Shown here in pieces: positions 48,635 to 58,238 of a DNA stretch of 64,000 nucleotides. The notes under the pieces are model-generated. The model was not told the origin of the DNA. It worked only from the letters and a program-made list of their open reading frames with translations, and ran no database searches. Made by a program: the position numbers and the translations under genes. Each line of letters starts with the position of its first letter. The stretch's first letter is position 1. Origin of the DNA: Actinomycetes bacterium (GTDB lineage: Bacteria > Actinomycetota > Actinomycetes > Streptosporangiales > Streptosporangiaceae); contig JAJYTW010000002.1 in assembly GCA_021792855.1 (NCBI GenBank), positions 8,700-72,699 on the forward strand. Direction: 5' to 3'.

Positions 48635-48698
48635 GACATTACGCGAGCCTGGCCCGGCTGGCACGGCAGACGCGCCGGCCAACCTGGGCGCTGGCCGA

Positions 48699-49091
48699 CT
48701 ACTTGACCGTGACGGTCGCTCCGGCGCCCTCCAGGGCGGCCTTCGCCTTCTCCGCGGTCTCCTTGTTGACCTTCTCCAGCAGCGGCTTGGGCGCGCCGTC
48801 CACCAGGTCCTTGGCCTCCTTCAGGCCCAGGCTGGTCAGGCTGCGCACCTCCTTGATCACCTGGATCTTCTTGTCGCCGGCGGCCTCGAGGATGACGTCG
48901 AACTCGTCCTGCTCCTCGGCCTCCTCGGCGGGGGCGCCGCCGCCGGCGGCGGCCGGGGCGCCGGCCACGGCGACCGGAGCGGCGGCCTTCACGTCGAAGG
49001 TCTCCTCGAACTGCTTGACGAACTCCGAAAGCTCGATCAGCGTCATCTCCTTGAACGCGTCGAGCAGGTCCTCGGTGCTGTACTTCGCCAT
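48699..49091 (-). CDS. rplL: 50S ribosomal protein L7/L12
   Basis: [34 protein letters not shown] and C-terminal [11 protein letters not shown]. Confidence 0.96.
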   Translation of the reverse strand: MAKYSTEDLLDAFKEMTLIELSEFVKQFEETFDVKAAAPVAVAGAPAAAGGGAPAEEAEEQDEFDVILEAAGDKKIQVIKEVRSLTSLGLKEAKDLVDGAPKPLLEKVNKETAEKAKAALEGAGATVTVK

Positions 49092-49182
49092 GGTGCTGCT
49101 TCCTCCATCTAGCTTCCCGCCGGTGACCTCCGGGTCATCGGCGCCGATCTCGCCGCTCGCGTCCGCGCGATGCGGTCAGCCT

Positions 49183-49830
49183 CTACTCGGTCTCGCTGCC
49201 TGCCGCGTCCGCGGCCTGCTCGGCCTCGCCCGCGGTGTCGCCAGCCGCGGCGGTGTCGTCCGCTGCGTCGGTGTCGCCCGCTGATGCGGTGTCGCCCGCC
49301 GCCGCGCCAGGCTCGCTCGCCCGCTTGGCCTCCAGCGCGGCCGCCAGTCGGGCCATCTGGGTCGGCAGCGCCGCGAAGGTCGCGGCCGCACCGGCCAGCG
49401 AAGCCTTCATCGCACCCGCCAGCTTGGCCAGCAGCACCTCGCGCGACTCAAGGTCCGCGAGCTTGGAGATCTCGGCCGGCGACAGGACCTTGCCGTCCAG
49501 CACACCGCCCTTGATCACCAGCATGGGGTTCGTCCTGGCGAACTCGCGCAGGCCCTTCGCCGCCTGGACCACGTCGCCGCCGACGAACGCGATCGCCGAC
49601 GGGCCGACCAGCATTTCCGAGAACTCGCTGGTCAGTCCGGCATCGGTCGCCGCGATCTTGGTCAGCGTGTTCTTCACCACCGAGAAGGTGGCGTCCGAGC
49701 CGAGCGTCCTGCGCAGCTCGCCCACCTCGGCCACGGTCAGGCCACGGTACTCGGTGAGCACAGCTCCCGAGGAGTTCTTGAACCGCTCGGTCAGCTCGGC
49801 GACCGTCGCCTCCTTTGCCGCCCTCGCCAT
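49183..49830 (-). CDS. rplJ: 50S ribosomal protein L10 with an acidic Ala/Asp/Thr-rich C-terminal extension
   Basis: [47 protein letters not shown] lies upstream of the ATG. Confidence 0.95.
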   Translation of the reverse strand: MARAAKEATVAELTERFKNSSGAVLTEYRGLTVAEVGELRRTLGSDATFSVVKNTLTKIAATDAGLTSEFSEMLVGPSAIAFVGGDVVQAAKGLREFARTNPMLVIKGGVLDGKVLSPAEISKLADLESREVLLAKLAGAMKASLAGAAATFAALPTQMARLAAALEAKRASEPGAAAGDTASAGDTDAADDTAAAGDTAGEAEQAADAAGSETE

Positions 49831-50072
49831 GGGCCTCCTCCGACGTTGCGGAGCCGCCCGCTCGCCGGGCAGTTCCTGGTGACTTGCGTCCTGACCGCCG
49901 GCGGGCCGGAGATGACGAACGCCCCGGGCGCAGGCGCACCGGGGCGGGCCACTCGCACCAGATGTCGAGGTGCGGGGCGTAGCTCAAGCTCACCTGCGTG
50001 GGCCGCCCGGCGATCCCGGGTCCTTCGGTCCGCGCACCAGGCACGGACAGCCGACGGTCTTTGGCGCGCACC

Positions 50073-50102
50073 AGACTACGCGGCCACCGGCGCTCACGCC
50101 AA
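50073..50102 (-). promoter_or_regulatory. candidate sigma-A-type promoter for rplJ-rplL
   Basis: Minus strand: -35 TTGGCG (50102-50097), 18-nt spacer, -10 TAGTCT (50078-50073). It would give a leader of about 235 nt, compatible with an L10-type leader. Confidence 0.35.
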
Positions 50103-50136
50103 ATCGGCGGCGGGCGCGGCCGGCCCGGCCGGCGTA

Positions 50137-50170
50137 CCCACCGCGTGCGCCCCACCCCACCGCGTGCGCC
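50137..50170. repeat. direct repeat cccaccgcgtgcgcc, 2 copies (19-nt period), in the rplJ / lipoprotein divergent spacer
   Basis: Copies at 50137-50151 and 50156-50170. Confidence 0.8.
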
Positions 50171-50254
50171 CAACCTCGCGCACCCATCGACCGTCTGTTG
50201 GGTCAGGAAACGGCGCGGAACGGCGTGTCCGTGAATCGGAAAGGCGGCCCGGCC

Positions 50255-50878
50255 ATGGCCATTCGAAGCAGGTACGCAGTCGGCGTCGCGATCGCGGCGA
50301 TCGGTATCGGCGGCTGCGCGCTCACCCATCGGGCCGCCGCGCCGGCCGGGCACCACGCGGTCACCACCGAGGCGGCGAAGCCGGCCGCCTGCGGCCGGTC
50401 GCAGCTACGGCTGAGCTACCGCGGCAGCATGCCGGGAGCCGGCAACGACCTGGGCACCATCGTCGTCTCGGACCGGGGCCGACCCTGCTGGCTGGCCGGG
50501 CCGATCACGCTGACCGGCCTGGCCAAGACCGGCCGCCCGGTCACCGCGACGATCATCTACCGCAAGGTCGGCCGGATGGCGAAGGCGGGCGCCCGGTCGG
50601 CCAGCCAGAGCGGCACGGTGCTCAGGCCCGGCCTGGTCGCCTCGATCAGCGTGTGGGCCGAGTACCGGGACGACCCGGCCAGCCCGAACGGCATGTGCAC
50701 GGCGCATCAGCTAGAGCCGGCCAGCTGGCGGCTCAGGCTAGCCTCCGGCGCGCTGCTGACGGTCCGCAACGCCGATCCGGCCGGATCCGGGTCGCTGACC
50801 GCCGATCACGGCCTGCTGACCTGCCGCGGCCAGCTTGACCGGCCGCAGCCGATCGTGGTCGCCACGACGGTGTTCTAG
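50255..50878 (+). CDS. putative lipoprotein, DUF4232-like
   Basis: ATG 50255. Signal peptide plus lipobox: MAIRSRYAVGVAIAAIGIGGC. The pattern C..SQL.L......GAGN..G.IVVSDRGRPCWLAGP matches my recollection of DUF4232. The track ORF start 49970 is an over-extension. Confidence 0.65.
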   Translation: MAIRSRYAVGVAIAAIGIGGCALTHRAAAPAGHHAVTTEAAKPAACGRSQLRLSYRGSMPGAGNDLGTIVVSDRGRPCWLAGPITLTGLAKTGRPVTATIIYRKVGRMAKAGARSASQSGTVLRPGLVASISVWAEYRDDPASPNGMCTAHQLEPASWRLRLASGALLTVRNADPAGSGSLTADHGLLTCRGQLDRPQPIVVATTVF

Positions 50879-50970
50879 CCGGGGTGAGCTAGCCGAACGA
50901 GCAGGACCCGGCGCCGGGAGTCATGCTCCTGGCGCCGGGTCCGCTACTGGTTACCCGGGATCGCGGCAGG

Positions 50971-51696
50971 CTAGCTGGCCGCGGCACCCTCAAGCTCGCT
51001 GGTCAGGCCACGGGTCTGGCCCGGGTCGACCGGGACGCCCGGCCCCATCGTGGTGGAGAAGGTGATCTTCTTCAGGTAGCGGCCCTTGGCGGCGGCCGGC
51101 TTCAGCCGCATCACCTCGTCCAGTGCGGCGGCGTAGTTCTCCACCAGGGCGCGGTCATCGAACGAGGCCTTGCCGATGATGAAGTGCAGGCTGCCGTGCC
51201 GGTCCACCCGGAACTCGATCTTGCCGCCCTTGATGTCGGTCACGGCCTTCGCCACGTCGGCGGTGACGGTCCCGGTCTTCGGGTTCGGCATCAGCCCGCG
51301 CGGGCCGAGCACCCGGCCGAGACGGCCGACCTTGCCCATCAGGTCCGGGGTCGCGACCACCGCGTCGAAGTCCAGGAACCCGCCCTGCACCCGCTCGATC
51401 AGTTCGTCGGCGCCAACGATGTCGGCGCCGGCGGCGCGCGCCTCCTCGGCTCGCTCGCCCGCAGCGAACACCAGCACCCGGGCCGTCTTGCCGGTACCGT
51501 GTGGCAGGTTCACGGTGCCGCGGACCATCTGATCGGCCTTGCGCGGGTCCACGCCGAGCCTGATGGCCACCTCGACGGTCGAGTCGAACTTGGTGGTCGC
51601 GGTCTTCTTGGCTAGGTCAACGGCCTGCGCCGGGGTGTACAACTGCTCGGCGTCGACGAGTTCGCCCGCCTTGCGATATGCCTTGCTGCGCTTCAT
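50971..51696 (-). CDS. rplA: 50S ribosomal protein L1
   Basis: [32 protein letters not shown]. Confidence 0.96.
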   Translation of the reverse strand: MKRSKAYRKAGELVDAEQLYTPAQAVDLAKKTATTKFDSTVEVAIRLGVDPRKADQMVRGTVNLPHGTGKTARVLVFAAGERAEEARAAGADIVGADELIERVQGGFLDFDAVVATPDLMGKVGRLGRVLGPRGLMPNPKTGTVTADVAKAVTDIKGGKIEFRVDRHGSLHFIIGKASFDDRALVENYAAALDEVMRLKPAAAKGRYLKKITFSTTMGPGVPVDPGQTRGLTSELEGAAAS

Positions 51697-51763
51697 CTGC
51701 TCTCTCCTGGTGAGTTAGCGAGGAGTCGTGGTCAGCGGGCCAGCGCCTGGCCCTGCCACTGCC

Positions 51764-51808
51764 CGGATCGGTGCCGACCGGATCGGTGCCGACCGGATCG
51801 GGCTCGGT
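51764..51808. repeat. 15-nt tandem repeat, about 3 copies, in the rplK-rplA spacer, ending at the rplK stop codon
   Basis: cggatcggtgccgac x2, then cggatcgggctcggt. Confidence 0.85.
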
Positions 51809-52242
51809 CAGCCCTCGACGGTGATCCCCATCGACCGGGCCGTCCCGGCGATGATCTTCTCCGCGGCCTCGATGCTGGTCGCGTTCAGGTCCGGCATCTT
51901 GACCTGGGCGATGTCCCTGACCTGGGCCATCGACATGGTGCCGACCTTGCTCTTGTGCGGCTCGGGGCTGCCCTTCTGGACCCCGGCGGCCTTCTTGATC
52001 ATCTCCGCGGCCGGCGGCGTCTTGGTGATGAAGGTGAACGACCGGTCCTCGTAGATCGTGATCTCGACCGGGATGATGTTGCCGCGCTGGGACTCGGTCG
52101 CCGCGTTGTACTGCTTGACGAAGTCCATGATGTTCACGCCATGCGGGCCAAGCGCCGTGCCGACCGGGGGCGCCGGGGTCGCCGCGCCCGCGCTCAGCTG
52201 GACCTTGACGATCGCAGCGATCTTCTTCTTCCTCGGAGCCAT
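51808..52242 (-). CDS. rplK: 50S ribosomal protein L11
   Basis: [40 protein letters not shown]. Confidence 0.96.
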
Positions 52243-52285
52243 CTGCCTGCCAGTCCTATCTGTGTCGTGCTAGCCGTGCCTGCGC

Positions 52286-52316
52286 CAGCCGTTCCCTGCG
52301 TCAGCCGTTCCCTGCG
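52286..52316. repeat. direct repeat cagccgttccctgcg, 2 copies (16-nt period), between nusG and rplK
   Basis: Copies at 52286-52300 and 52302-52316. Confidence 0.85.
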
Positions 52317-52320
52317 CCGA

Positions 52321-53091
52321 TCAGATCTTGCTGACCTGATCGAAGGAGAGCTCGACCGGAGTCTCGCGCCCGAAGATGGACACGAGCACCTTGAGCTTCT
52401 GGGTATCGGGGTTGATCTCGCTCACCGTAGCCGGAAGCGACGCGAACGGGCCCTCCATCACGGTAACCGACTGGTTGACCTCGAAGTCCACCGCGGCGGC
52501 CCGCATGGTCTCGGCCTTCTTCGCGGCCTTCTCCTCGGGCACCGGCGCCAGCAGGGCCGCGACCTCGTCCAGGCTCAACGGCGACGGCCGGCTGGACAGG
52601 CCGACGAAGCCGGTCACGCCGGGGGTGTTGCGCACCGCGGCCCAGGACTCGTCGGTCAGGTCCATCCGGACCAGGATGTAGCCGGGCAGCACCTTCTCCT
52701 GCACCTGCTGCCGCTTGCCGCCCTTGATCTCCACCACCTCGTGGGTGGGCACCTCAACCTGGAAGATGAAGTCCTCCATGTTGAGGGACTGAGTCCGGTT
52801 CTCCAGGTTGACCCGGACCCGGTTCTCGTATCCGGCGTAGGAGTGCACCACGTACCACTCGCCGGGCAGGCTGCGAAGCTCCGCCTTGAACGCGGCGACC
52901 GGATCGTCTTCCTCAGCCGCGTCGGCAACCTCAGCCGCGTCGGCTGCCGCGGCTGCAGCGGCGTCATCGACGTGGCCGACGTCGCCTGAGCCGCCGTCGG
53001 CGGCCGCATCCTGCGCACCGGGCAGGTCCTGCTGGCCGTCGTCGGCAGGCTCGGCCGGAAGGCCATTGCCCTGCAGTTCGGACTCGGACAC
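52321..53091 (-). CDS. nusG: transcription termination/antitermination factor NusG with an acidic N-terminal extension
   Basis: NGN motif [16 protein letters not shown] and a C-terminal KOW ([15 protein letters not shown]). GTG 53091 is preferred; the track start is 53175. Confidence 0.93.
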   Translation of the reverse strand: MSESELQGNGLPAEPADDGQQDLPGAQDAAADGGSGDVGHVDDAAAAAAADAAEVADAAEEDDPVAAFKAELRSLPGEWYVVHSYAGYENRVRVNLENRTQSLNMEDFIFQVEVPTHEVVEIKGGKRQQVQEKVLPGYILVRMDLTDESWAAVRNTPGVTGFVGLSSRPSPLSLDEVAALLAPVPEEKAAKKAETMRAAAVDFEVNQSVTVMEGPFASLPATVSEINPDTQKLKVLVSIFGRETPVELSFDQVSKI

Positions 53092-53217
53092 GATTACTCT
53101 TTCTCTCTGCTTATCCCTGCGCTTACCCTGCGGCCTGCCCCATGCTGCGACATCGCCCTTGCTCGCAGTGATCATGCTGCCACGCTCAGCGCACAGACAC
53201 TACCGGCACGACCGGCG

Positions 53218-53469
53218 CTAGCCGAAGACCGCGGCCACCAGCTTGGTGAAGCCGTAGTCCGCGGCGGTCACGATGGCCACCGTGATCAGGATGAACACGA
53301 CGGCCACCGTGGTGTAGGTGACCAGTTCCTTGCGGGTCGGCCAGATCACCTTCCGCAGCTCGGACCTGACCTCCCGAAGGAAGGCAGCCGGACTCGTCCG
53401 GGCCGGCCGGGCCGGGCCGGACCGCTTGGCCGGCTTCTTGGCCTGCGAGCCGCGTACCTGAGTCGCCAT
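53218..53469 (-). CDS. secE: preprotein translocase subunit SecE
   Basis: ATG 53469, with GGTGAGGA upstream. REVRSELRKVIWPTRKELVTYTTVAVVFILI. Located directly upstream of nusG. Confidence 0.92.
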   Translation of the reverse strand: MATQVRGSQAKKPAKRSGPARPARTSPAAFLREVRSELRKVIWPTRKELVTYTTVAVVFILITVAIVTAADYGFTKLVAAVFG

Positions 53470-53538
53470 GTCCTCACCTTGAGCGCTTGTCTTCGGCCGG
53501 CTCACGCCGGTACAGCCCGCTGGGTACGAGCCAACTCG

Positions 53539-53612
53539 CAGGGCAGGAGGGACTCGAACCCCCAACCACCGGTTTTGGAGACCGGGACTCTAGCCAATTG
53601 AGCTACTGCCCT
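53539..53612 (-). tRNA. trpT: tRNA-Trp (anticodon CCA)
   Basis: Hand-folded 74-nt cloverleaf: AGGGCAG-TA-GCTC..GAGT-C-CCGGT-CTCCAAA-ACCGG-TGGTT-GGGGG-TTCGAGT-CCCTC-CTGCCCT-G. It occupies the classic position upstream of secE. The 3' CCA is not encoded. Confidence 0.9.
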
Positions 53613-53762
53613 CTGTCAGGCACCCGCAGGCATGCTAGAACAGCCCGACGGATCCTCGCCAGATGTTGAAGTGTACGTTGCCAACCGGCCCCACGTCGAA
53701 CCGCGGTGAATATCCATCGATCCCGGGGGCGTCCCGGCGCGCGGTCCGCCGGGGATGCGAAA

Positions 53763-54983
53763 ATGCCAGGCATGGAAGCGCAGCAGCGGCGGATCTCCGC
53801 CCGAGTTTCGGCCATCACCGAGTCGGCGACGCTGGCGGTGGACGCCAAGGCCAAGGCGATGCGGGCGGCGGGCCGGCCGGTGATCGGCTTCGGCGCGGGC
53901 GAACCCGACTTCGCCACCCCCGGCTACATCGTCGACGCCGCCAGGCGAGCGTGCGACGAGCCGCGCTTCTACAAGTACACGCCCACGCCCGGCCTGCCCG
54001 AACTGCGCGCCGCGATCGCGGCCAAGACCGCGCGCGACTCGGGGTTCGAGGTCGAGCCCAGCCAGGTGCTGGTGACCAACGGTGGCAAGCAGGCCGTCTA
54101 CCAGGCCTTCGCGACCCTGCTCGACCCGGGTGACGAGGCACTGCTGCCGACGCCGCACTGGACCACCTACCCGGAGGCGATCACGCTGGCCGGCGGCACG
54201 CCGGTCCCGGTGCTGACCGACGAGAGCACCGGCTACCTGACATCGGTCGAGCAACTGGAGCGGCACCGCACCGCGCGCACCAAACTGCTGGTCTTCGTCT
54301 CGCCGTCGAACCCTACCGGCGCGGTCTACCCGCCGGACCTGGTCGCTGAGATCGGCCGATGGGCCGCGCGCAACGGCATCTGGGTGGTCACCGACGAGAT
54401 CTACGAGCACCTGGTCTACGGGGACGCCACGTTCACCTCGATCCCGGTCGCGGCACCCGAGATCACCGACCGGTGCGTGGTGCTGAACGGCGTGGCCAAG
54501 ACCTACGCGATGACCGGGTGGCGGGTCGGCTGGATGATCGGCCCGGCGGACGTGATCACGGCGGCCACCAACCTGCAGTCGCACGCCACCTCCAACGTCT
54601 GCAACATCGCCCAGGCCGCCGCCCTCGCCGCGGTCTCCGGCGACCTGTCCGCGGTTGCGCAGATGCGCACCGCGTTCGACCGGCGCAGGCAGCGCATGAC
54701 GGCGATGCTTAACGAGATGCCCGGGGTGGTCTGTCCGCTGCCCGAGGGCGCGTTCTACTGCTACCCAAGCGTCAAGGGCCTGCTCGGCCGTGAGCTTGGC
54801 GGGCAGCGGATCGAGTCGTCCGCCCAGCTTGCCGAGATCGTGCTCGAGCAGGCCGAGGTCGCCGTGGTGCCCGGCGAGGCGTTCGGCACGCCAGGTTACT
54901 TCCGGCTGTCCGCCGCGCTCGCCGATGCCGACCTGGAAGAGGGGCTGACCAGGCTCGGCAAGCTGCTGGCCACCGCGTACTGA
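53763..54983 (+). CDS. pyridoxal-phosphate-dependent aminotransferase, aspartate aminotransferase-like
   Basis: [33 protein letters not shown] and the PLP-lysine region [16 protein letters not shown]. Start ATG is 53763 (GGGGA upstream) or 53772. Confidence 0.88.
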   Translation: MPGMEAQQRRISARVSAITESATLAVDAKAKAMRAAGRPVIGFGAGEPDFATPGYIVDAARRACDEPRFYKYTPTPGLPELRAAIAAKTARDSGFEVEPSQVLVTNGGKQAVYQAFATLLDPGDEALLPTPHWTTYPEAITLAGGTPVPVLTDESTGYLTSVEQLERHRTARTKLLVFVSPSNPTGAVYPPDLVAEIGRWAARNGIWVVTDEIYEHLVYGDATFTSIPVAAPEITDRCVVLNGVAKTYAMTGWRVGWMIGPADVITAATNLQSHATSNVCNIAQAAALAAVSGDLSAVAQMRTAFDRRRQRMTAMLNEMPGVVCPLPEGAFYCYPSVKGLLGRELGGQRIESSAQLAEIVLEQAEVAVVPGEAFGTPGYFRLSAALADADLEEGLTRLGKLLATAY

Positions 54984-55025
54984 ACGCGGGCGGCGGACCG
55001 GACACGAGCGGGGCAGACTAGGCGG

Positions 55026-56117
55026 ATGGCCCGGCGGCTCGACCTGCTCCCCAAGGCGCACCTGCATCTGCACTTCACCGGATCCATGCGCCGGGCCACC
55101 CTGATGGACCTGGCGACGGCGCACCGGATCCGGCTGCCCGAGGCGTTCAGCACCGAATGGCCGCCCCGGCTGCACGCCACCGACGAGCGCGGCTGGTTCC
55201 GCTTCCAGCGGCTGTACGACAGCGCCAGGGCGGTGCTGCGGACCGAGGCCGACCTGCGGCGGCTGATCGCCGAGATGGCCGCTGACGAGCGCGCCGACGG
55301 CTCTGGGTGGCTGGAGTTCCAGGTCGACCCGTCCGGCTACGCCGGCCTGTTCGGCGGGCTGGTCACGTTCACCGAGATGGTGCTCGACGCCACCGCGCAG
55401 GCGGCCCGGACGACCGGGATCGGGATCGGCGTCATAATCGCCGCGAACCGGACCAGGCACCCGCTGGACGCCCGGACGCTGGCCAGGCTGGCAGCCGCCT
55501 ACGCCGGCCGCGGCGTGATCGGGTTCGGGCTGAGCAATGACGAGCGCCGCGGCGCCCCGGCCGAGTTCGCCAGGGCCTTCGCGATCGCGTCCCGGGCCGG
55601 TCTGATCGCCGTCCCGCACGGCGGCGAACTGCTCGGCCCGGCCAGCGTCCGGGCCTGCCTGGACGAGCTTGGCGCCACCAGGATCGGGCACGGCGTGGCC
55701 GCGGCGGCCGATCCCGGCCTGACCGGACGGCTGGCCAGGTCGGGGGTCGCGCTAGAGGTGTGCCCCGCGTCGAACGTGGCCCTTGGCGTGGCCAGATCCG
55801 CCGCCGACGTCCCGTTGCTCCCATTGCTAGAGGCCGGGGTCGAGGTCGCGCTTGGCGCGGACGACCCGCTGTTGTTCGGCGCCCGGCTGACCGCGCAGTA
55901 CGAGATCGCCAGGAGCGTGCACGGGCTGTCCGACGCCGCGCTGGCCGAGCTTGCCAGGATGTCGGTGCGCGCCTCGGCCGCGCCCGCCGACGTTCGGGCC
56001 AGGCTGCTCGCCGGGATCGACGACTGGCTGGCGGCCCCGGATCCGGCCGACCCGGCTGGCCCGACCGACCCGCCGGGCGAGGCTACAGCGCTACCCCGAC
56101 AAGCACCGGCTCGTTAG
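55026..56117 (+). CDS. add: adenosine deaminase family protein
   Basis: LPKAHLHLHFTGS metal-binding motif, HGVAAA and LGADDP. The 3' end overlaps the murB 3' end by 35 nt (convergent). Confidence 0.8.
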   Translation: MARRLDLLPKAHLHLHFTGSMRRATLMDLATAHRIRLPEAFSTEWPPRLHATDERGWFRFQRLYDSARAVLRTEADLRRLIAEMAADERADGSGWLEFQVDPSGYAGLFGGLVTFTEMVLDATAQAARTTGIGIGVIIAANRTRHPLDARTLARLAAAYAGRGVIGFGLSNDERRGAPAEFARAFAIASRAGLIAVPHGGELLGPASVRACLDELGATRIGHGVAAAADPGLTGRLARSGVALEVCPASNVALGVARSAADVPLLPLLEAGVEVALGADDPLLFGARLTAQYEIARSVHGLSDAALAELARMSVRASAAPADVRARLLAGIDDWLAAPDPADPAGPTDPPGEATALPRQAPAR

Positions 56118-57183
56118 TCAGCACGACGCCGAACGCGTCGGCTACCCCGGCGACCACCTCGCGGGCCAGGGCCAGCAGGTCGGCGGTGGTCGCGCCGCCG
56201 CGGTTGGTCAGCGCGAGGGTGTGCTTGGCCGAGATCCGGACCGGACCGCTGCCCGGATAGCCCTTGCCGAAGCCCGCCCGCTCGATCAGCCAGGCGGCGG
56301 GCACCTTCACCAGGCCGGGACCGGCCGGGTACCGGGGCACCGCGACCCCGGGCAGCCGCCGCTCCGCCGCGGCCGCCAGATCGGCAAGCTGGCCGTCGTC
56401 CAGCACCGGGTTGGTGAAGAACGACCCGGCGCTGACGCTGTCCGGGTCGGCCGGGTCGAGCACCATGCCCTTGCCGCGCCGCAGGTCGAGCACGGCCTCG
56501 CGGACCCGCGCCAGCGGCGCCCGCGCACCCATCTCGACCCCCAGCCTGGCGGCTAGCTCGGCGTAGCCGACCGGTTCCGACAGGTCGCTCCTGGCCAGCC
56601 CGAACGTCACGTCGAGCAGCACGTACCTGCCGGTCGGGCCGGCCGGGCCGGACTGCGGCCAGGCGGCGGACTTGAACACCGATGTCCGGTAGCCGAACCC
56701 GCACCGCGGCCCGGTCAGGACCGCGCACTGCCCGGTGGCCCGGTCAAGCACGCCGACCGAGATGATCGACGTCGCGACCTCCTGGCCGTACGCGCCGACG
56801 TTCTGCACCGGCGTGGCCCCGACCGAACCCGGGATCCCGGACAGGCACTCCAGTCCGGCCAGGTTCTCGCCGACCGTCCAGGCCACCAGGGCATCCCAGT
56901 CCTGCCCGGCGGCGACCGTGACGGCGACTCGGTCGGGCCCGGCGGCGGCGATGTCGAGGCCCCGGGTCGCGACCTTGACCACCGACCCGTCGAACCCGGC
57001 GTCGGCGACCACCAGGTTGCTCCCGCCGCCGAGCACCAGCAAGGGCTGTCCGGCCAGGTCCGCGGCACGGACCTGGGCGGCTACCTCGTCCGCCGTCTCG
57101 GCAAGGGTGAAGCGCGCCGCAGGCCCGCCAAGCCGCAGCGTCGTGTAGTCCGCCAGATCGACCCGTTCCCCGACCACGTGCAC
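56083..57183 (-). CDS. murB: UDP-N-acetylenolpyruvoylglucosamine reductase
   Basis: LADYTTLRLGGPA...LLVLGGGSNLVVAD (FAD-binding) and the C-terminal GSFFTNP motif. Confidence 0.92.
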   Translation of the reverse strand: MHVVGERVDLADYTTLRLGGPAARFTLAETADEVAAQVRAADLAGQPLLVLGGGSNLVVADAGFDGSVVKVATRGLDIAAAGPDRVAVTVAAGQDWDALVAWTVGENLAGLECLSGIPGSVGATPVQNVGAYGQEVATSIISVGVLDRATGQCAVLTGPRCGFGYRTSVFKSAAWPQSGPAGPTGRYVLLDVTFGLARSDLSEPVGYAELAARLGVEMGARAPLARVREAVLDLRRGKGMVLDPADPDSVSAGSFFTNPVLDDGQLADLAAAAERRLPGVAVPRYPAGPGLVKVPAAWLIERAGFGKGYPGSGPVRISAKHTLALTNRGGATTADLLALAREVVAGVADAFGVVLTNEPVLVGVAL

Positions 57184-57231
57184 GAGGTGAGCCTACGGCC
57201 TGCTCAGGACAGCCCGCTCAGGGCAGCCCGC

Positions 57232-57660
57232 TCAGGGCAGCCGGACGACGGCCCTGGCCCGGGTCAGCACCTTGGTGTCGGCGGACCTGGCGGTCAGCGC
57301 CAGAACCACCCGGTGGTCGTCGAGTTTCTCGGTGACCTCGCCGCTCACGGTGATGGCGGCGCCGGTCTCGTCGTCCGGGACGACCACCGGGGCGGAGAAC
57401 CTGACTCCGAACTCGACCACCCTGGCGCCCGGCCCGGCCCAGTCGGTCACGAACCGCCCGGCCTGCGCCATCGTGAACATTCCGTGCGCGATCACGTTCG
57501 GCAATCCGACCGAGCGCGCGATCCGCTCGTTCCAGTGGATGACGTTGAAGTCACCGGAGGCGCCGCAGTACCTGACCAGGCTGAGCCTGGTCACCGGATA
57601 GCTGGCCGCCGGGATCTGCGCGCCGGTCTCGACCTCGTCGTAGCTGACCTGATCGCTCAC
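57232..57660 (-). CDS. MaoC-like (R)-specific hydratase/dehydratase, HadB-like subunit
   Basis: GASGDFNVIHWNERIARSVGLPNVIAHGM hot-dog hydratase motif. It has a 4-nt overlap with the upstream partner. The rpmG-linked position matches mycobacterial hadB. Confidence 0.85.
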   Translation of the reverse strand: MSDQVSYDEVETGAQIPAASYPVTRLSLVRYCGASGDFNVIHWNERIARSVGLPNVIAHGMFTMAQAGRFVTDWAGPGARVVEFGVRFSAPVVVPDDETGAAITVSGEVTEKLDDHRVVLALTARSADTKVLTRARAVVRLP

Positions 57661-58106
57661 TGCGCACCGCCCCGCTCGACCAGCGTGTTGTAGGCCGTGC
57701 AGACGTGCTCGCCGCCGACCGTCTCGATCCTGGTGCTGGTGGTCATCAGCGAGTTCCGGCCGGCCTGCCGGATGTCGGAGATCGTCACGGTGGCGGTCAC
57801 CACGTCCCCGGCCACTAGCGGGCGGGAGTACTCGAACCGCTGCTCGCCGTGCACCACCATCGCGTAGTTGAGGTTCAGCCCGGGATCGGCCAGCGCCTGG
57901 CCGCTCGCGGCCATCCCGATCACGATCGGGAACGTCGGCGGGGCGATCACGTCCGGGTACCCGGCCGCGGCGGCCGCCGCCCGGTCCCGGTACACCGGGT
58001 TGGGATCGCCGATCGCGTCGGCGAACTCGGCCAGCTTGACCCGGCTCACCTCATACGGCGGCCCGGGCGGGAAGGTCTTGCCGATGTACTCGGGATTGAT
58101 GGCCAT
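57657..58106 (-). CDS. MaoC-family dehydratase N-terminal-type (HadA-like, non-catalytic) subunit
   Basis: About 149-aa hot-dog-fold protein (KLAEFADAIGDPNPVYRD) lacking the catalytic D-x4-H, paired with the HadB-like gene downstream of rpmG. Confidence 0.8.
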   Translation of the reverse strand: MAINPEYIGKTFPPGPPYEVSRVKLAEFADAIGDPNPVYRDRAAAAAAGYPDVIAPPTFPIVIGMAASGQALADPGLNLNYAMVVHGEQRFEYSRPLVAGDVVTATVTISDIRQAGRNSLMTTSTRIETVGGEHVCTAYNTLVERGGAQ

Positions 58107-58135
58107 GCGGCTCCAGCCCTCGGTAGGGAATCACT

Positions 58136-58165
58136 GCCTAGCGGGAGATTATTCTCCCGCTAGGC
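58136..58165 (-). terminator. perfect palindrome or hairpin between rpmG and the HadA-like gene
   Basis: GCCTAGCGGGAGA-TTAT-TCTCCCGCTAGGC: 13-bp perfect stem with a 4-nt loop. Confidence 0.5.
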
Positions 58166-58238
58166 GGCGCCGCTAGCACGGCCCTGGCCCGTGACCGCCC
58201 CCGGCCTGCCGGGCCGCCAGTCGGGCCGGTCAATCGGG

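Noticed and set aside
50255-50878. Lipoprotein gene between rplA and rplJ as an unusual accessory insertion.
   Set aside because: The rplA-rplJ interval is a known variable slot in actinobacteria (lipoprotein genes in Streptomyces, mmaA genes and others in mycobacteria, from memory). A single DUF4232-like lipoprotein there is unremarkable.
53613-58238. Aminotransferase / add / murB block between tRNA-Trp-secE and the rpmG-MaoC pair as a novel insertion.
   Set aside because: Relative to mycobacteria (rpmG2-hadABC-secE) it looks like an insertion. As far as I recall, the same aminotransferase / deaminase / murB arrangement next to secE occurs in Streptomyces-type genomes, so it is probably ordinary conserved synteny.
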